A program made the position numbers and the translations under genes. This document shows positions 59,073 to 64,000 of a stretch of DNA of 64,000 nt, one piece after another. The notes beneath the pieces are model-generated. The model did no database searches. It saw only the letters and a program-made list of their open reading frames with translations, and was not told the DNA's origin. The first letter of the stretch is position 1; every line of letters begins with the position of its first letter. The stretch is from Macrostomum lignano (Eukaryota), in the NCBI GenBank assembly GCA_002269645.1, contig NIVC01002321.1:120193-184192 (forward strand), in the 5' to 3' direction.

Positions 59073-62000
59073 CGCTGTCAATATATAGAATTAAATGGAG
59101 AGCTTAGAAATGACACTCAATGGGGCTGATATACACAGGTGCAAAGATGACGCAGAGCCCGCTACTCTCAGCATCTCTAACTAGCCCTGTCGCTGTCAAT
59201 ATATAGAATTAAATGGAGAGCTTAGAAATGACACTCAATGGGGCTGATATACACAGGTGCAAAGATGACGCAGAGCCCGCTACTCTCAGCATCTCTAACT
59301 AGCCCTGTCGCTGTCAATATATAGAATTAAATGGAGAGCTTAGAAATGACACTCAATGGGGCTGATATACACAGGTGCAAAGATGACGCAGAGCCCGCTA
59401 CTCTCAGCATCTCTAACTAGCCCTGTCGCTGTCAATATATAGAATTAAATGGAGAGCTTAGAAATGACACTCAATGGGGCTGATATACACAGGTGCAAAG
59501 ATGACGCAGAGCCCGCTACTCTCAGCATCTCTAACTAGCCCTGTCGCTGTCAATATATAGAATTAAATGGAGAGCTTAGAAATGACACTCAATGGGGCTG
59601 ATATACACAGGTGCAAAGATGACGCAGAGCCCGCTACTCTCAGCATCTCTAACTAGCCCTGTCGCTGTCAATATATAGAATTAAATGGAGAGCTTAGAAA
59701 TGACACTCAATGGGGCTGATATACACAGGTGCAAAGATGACGCAGAGCCCGCTACTCTCAGCATCTCTAACTAGCCCTGTCGCTGTCAATATATAGAATT
59801 AAATGGAGAGCTTAGAAATGACACTCAATGGGGCTGATATACACAGGTGCAAAGATGACGCAGAGCCCGCTACTCTCAGCATCTCTAACTAGCCCTGTCG
59901 CTGTCAATATATAGAATTAAATGGAGAGCTTAGAAATGACACTCAATGGGGCTGATATACACAGGTGCAAAGATGACGCAGAGCCCGCTACTCTCAGCAT
60001 CTCTAACTAGCCCTGTCGCTGTCAATATATAGAATTAAATGGAGAGCTTAGAAATGACACTCAATGGGGCTGATATACACAGGTGCAAAGATGACGCAGA
60101 GCCCGCTACTCTCAGCATCTCTAACTAGCCCTGTCGCTGTCAATATATAGAATTAAATGGAGAGCTTAGAAATGACACTCAATGGGGCTGATATACACAG
60201 GTGCAAAGATGACGCAGAGCCCGCTACTCTCAGCATCTCTAACTAGCCCTGTCGCTGTCAATATATAGAATTAAATGGAGAGCTTAGAAATGACACTCAA
60301 TGGGGCTGATATACACAGGTGCAAAGATGACGCAGAGCCCGCTACTCTCAGCATCTCTAACTAGCCCTGTCGCTGTCAATATATAGAATTAAATGGAGAG
60401 CTTAGAAATGACACTCAATGGGGCTGATATACACAGGTGCAAAGATGACGCAGAGCCCGCTACTCTCAGCATCTCTAACTAGCCCTGTCGCTGTCAATAT
60501 ATAGAATTAAATGGAGAGCTTAGAAATGACACTCAATGGGGCTGATATACACAGGTGCAAAGATGACGCAGAGCCCGCTACTCTCAGCATCTCTAACTAG
60601 CCCTGTCGCTGTCAATATATAGAATTAAATGGAGAGCTTAGAAATGACACTCAATGGGGCTGATATACACAGGTGCAAAGATGACGCAGAGCCCGCTACT
60701 CTCAGCATCTCTAACTAGCCCTGTCGCTGTCAATATATAGAATTAAATGGAGAGCTTAGAAATGACACTCAATGGGGCTGATATACACAGGTGCAAAGAT
60801 GACGCAGAGCCCGCTACTCTCAGCATCTCTAACTAGCCCTGTCGCTGTCAATATATAGAATTAAATGGAGAGCTTAGAAATGACACTCAATGGGGCTGAT
60901 ATACACAGGTGCAAAGATGACGCAGAGCCCGCTACTCTCAGCATCTCTAACTAGCCCTGTCGCTGTCAATATATAGAATTAAATGGAGAGCTTAGAAATG
61001 ACACTCAATGGGGCTGATATACACAGGTGCAAAGATGACGCAGAGCCCGCTACTCTCAGCATCTCTAACTAGCCCTGTCGCTGTCAATATATAGAATTAA
61101 ATGGAGAGCTTAGAAATGACACTCAATGGGGCTGATATACACAGGTGCAAAGATGACGCAGAGCCCGCTACTCTCAGCATCTCTAACTAGCCCTGTCGCT
61201 GTCAATATATAGAATTAAATGGAGAGCTTAGAAATGACACTCAATGGGGCTGATATACACAGGTGCAAAGATGACGCAGAGCCCGCTACTCTCAGCATCT
61301 CTAACTAGCCCTGTCGCTGTCAATATATAGAATTAAATGGAGAGCTTAGAAATGACACTCAATGGGGCTGATATACACAGGTGCAAAGATGACGCAGAGC
61401 CCGCTACTCTCAGCATCTCTAACTAGCCCTGTCGCTGTCAATATATAGAATTAAATGGAGAGCTTAGAAATGACACTCAATGGGGCTGATATACACAGGT
61501 GCAAAGATGACGCAGAGCCCGCTACTCTCAGCATCTCTAACTAGCCCTGTCGCTGTCAATATATAGAATTAAATGGAGAGCTTAGAAATGACACTCAATG
61601 GGGCTGATATACACAGGTGCAAAGATGACGCAGAGCCGCTACTCTCAGCATCTCTAACTAGCCCTGTCGCTGTCAATATATAGAATTAAATGGAGAGCTT
61701 AGAAATGACACTCAATGGGGCTGATATACACAGGTGCAAAGATGACGCAGAGCCCGCTACTCTCAGCATCTCTAACTAGCCCTGTCGCTGTCAATATATA
61801 GAATTAAATGGAGAGCTTAGAAATGACACTCAATGGGGCTGATATACACAGGTGCAAAGATGACGCAGAGCCCGCTACTCTCAGCATCTCTAACTAGCCC
61901 TGTCGCTGTCAATATATAGAATTAAATGGAGAGCTTAGAAATGACACTCAATGGGGCTGATATACACAGGTGCAAAGATGACGCAGAGCCCGCTACTCTC

Positions 62001-64000
62001 AGCATCTCTAACTAGCCCTGTCGCTGTCAATATATAGAATTAAATGGAGAGCTTAGAAATGACACTCAATGGGGCTGATATACACAGGTGCAAAGATGAC
62101 GCAGAGCCCGCTACTCTCAGCATCTCTAACTAGCCCTGTCGCTGTCAATATATAGAATTAAATGGAGAGCTTAGAAATGACACTCAATGGGGCTGATATA
62201 CACAGGTGCAAAGATGACGCAGAGCCCGCTACTCTCAGCATCTCTAACTAGCCCTGTCGCTGTCAATATATAGAATTAAATGGAGAGCTTAGAAATGACA
62301 CTCAATGGGGCTGATATACACAGGTGCAAAGATGACGCAGAGCCGCTCTCTCAGCATCTCTAACTAGCCCTGTCGCTGTCAATATATAGAATTAAATGGA
62401 GAGCTTAGAAATGACACTCAATGGGGCTGATATACACAGGTGCAAAGATGACGCAGAGCCCGCTACTCTCAGCATCTCTAACTAGCCCTGTCGCTGTCGT
62501 GTCAATATATAGAATTAAATGGAGAGCTTAGAAATGACACTCAATGGGGCTGATATACACAGGTGCAAAGATGACGCAGAGCCCGCTACTCTCAGCATCT
62601 CTAACTACCCTGTCGCTGTCAATATATAGAATTAAATGGAGAGCTTAGAAATGACACTCAATGGGGCTGATATACACAGGTGCAAAGATGACGCAGAGCC
62701 CGCTACTCTCAGCATCTCTAACTAGCCTGTCGCTGTCAATATATAGAATTAAATGGAGAGCTTAGAAATGACACTCAATGGGGCTGATATACACAGGTGC
62801 AAAGATGACGCAGAGCCCGCTACTCTCAGCATCTCTAACTAGCCTGTCCTGTCAATATATAGATTAAATGGAGAGCTTAGAAATGACACTCAATGGGCTG
62901 ATATACACAGGTGCAAAGATGACGCAGAGCCCGCTACTCTCAGCATCTCTAACTAGCCCTGTCGCTGTCAATATATAGAATTAAATGGAGAGCTTAGAAA
63001 TGACACTCAATGGGGCTGATATACACAGGTGCAAAGATGACGCAGAGCCCGCTACTCTCAGCATCTCTAACTAGCCCTGTCGCTGTCAATATATAGAATT
63101 AAATGGAGAGCTTAGAAATGACACTCAATGGGGCTGATATACACAGTGCAAAGATGACGCAGAGCCCGCTACTCTCAGCATCTCTAACTAGCCCTGTCGC
63201 TGTCAATATATAGAATTAAATGGAGAGCTTAGAAATGACACTCAATGGGGCTGATATACACAGGTGCAAAGATGACGCAGAGCCCGCTACTCTCAGCATC
63301 TCTAACTAGCCCTGTCGCTGTCAATATATAGAATTAAATGGAGAGCTTAGAAATGACACTCAATGGGGCTGATATACACAGGTGCAAAGATGACGCAGAG
63401 CCCGCTACTCTCAGCATCTCTAACTAGCCCTGTCGCTGTCAATATATAGAATTAAATGGAGAGCTTAGAAATGACACTCAATGGGGCTGATATACACAGG
63501 TGCAAAGATGACGCAGAGCCCGCTACTCTCAGCATCTCTAACTAGCCCTGTCGCTGTCAATATATAGAATTAAATGGAGACTTAGAAATGACACTCAATG
63601 GGGCTGATATACACAGGTGCAAAGATGACGCAGAGCCCGCTACTCTCAGCATCTCTAACTAGCCCTGTCGCTGTCAATATATAGAATTAAATGGAGAGCT
63701 TAGAAATGACACTCAATGGGCTGATATACACAGGTGCAAAGATGACGCAGAGCCCGCTACTCTCAGCATCTCTAACTAGCCCTGTCGCTGTCAATATATA
63801 GAATTAAATGGAGAGCTTAGAAATGACACTCAATGGGGCTGATATACACAGGTGCAAAGATGACGCAGAGCCCGCTACTCTCAGCATCTCTAACTAGCCC
63901 TGTCGCTGTCAATATATAGAATTAAATGGAGAGCTTAGAAATGACACTCAATGGGCTGATATACACAGGTGCAAAGATGACGCAGAGCCGCTACTCTCAG
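59073..64000. repeat. 118-bp tandem satellite, about 42 near-identical copies, running off the window end
   Basis: Unit starts at 59073, 59191, 59309 and so on; unit CGCTGTCAATATATAGAATT...CTAACTAGCCCTGT. Confidence 0.97.

Noticed and set aside
59073-64000. 5S rRNA, spliced-leader RNA or hammerhead retrozyme identity for the 118-bp unit
   Set aside because: No 5S box A/C similarity and no spacer, no CTGANGA...GAAA core on either strand, and no leader/Sm-site arrangement that I could recognise.

Overview
Eukaryotic (metazoan) genomic DNA with GT-AG introns, GC-rich polyQ/polyA exons and minisatellite-filled introns. The style resembles the flatworm Macrostomum, but that is inference only. Host genes: an intact 6-exon metabotropic glutamate receptor (- strand, 4789-18484, 1038 aa), a secreted Kazal-type inhibitor, a 2-exon HMGB, and a bHLH AP-4 (TFAP4) gene. 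Mobile DNA: a decayed RTE-like LINE, a Helitron with a decayed PIF1 helicase but an intact spliced RPA70-like gene, mariner and Tc1 relics, a MITE, three tRNA-derived CORE/Deu-like SINEs, over 20 minisatellites and a terminal 118-bp satellite. The main finding is the last coding exon of AP-4. It has been hit three separate times, all in the same orientation, by three different RNase H-bearing (I-group/Ingi-like) non-LTR retrotransposons. Each sits in a CAG polyglutamine tract; two have clear target-site duplications (TSDs) and one has an ambiguous TSD. Removing the elements restores the host reading frame. The one full-length element (45380-50251) has a candidate 5' HDV-like ribozyme, a ubiquitin-type LRLRGG motif just before the endonuclease, and a PHD finger inserted inside the APE endonuclease. 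Together this suggests a possible CAG-repeat-targeting retrotransposon system.
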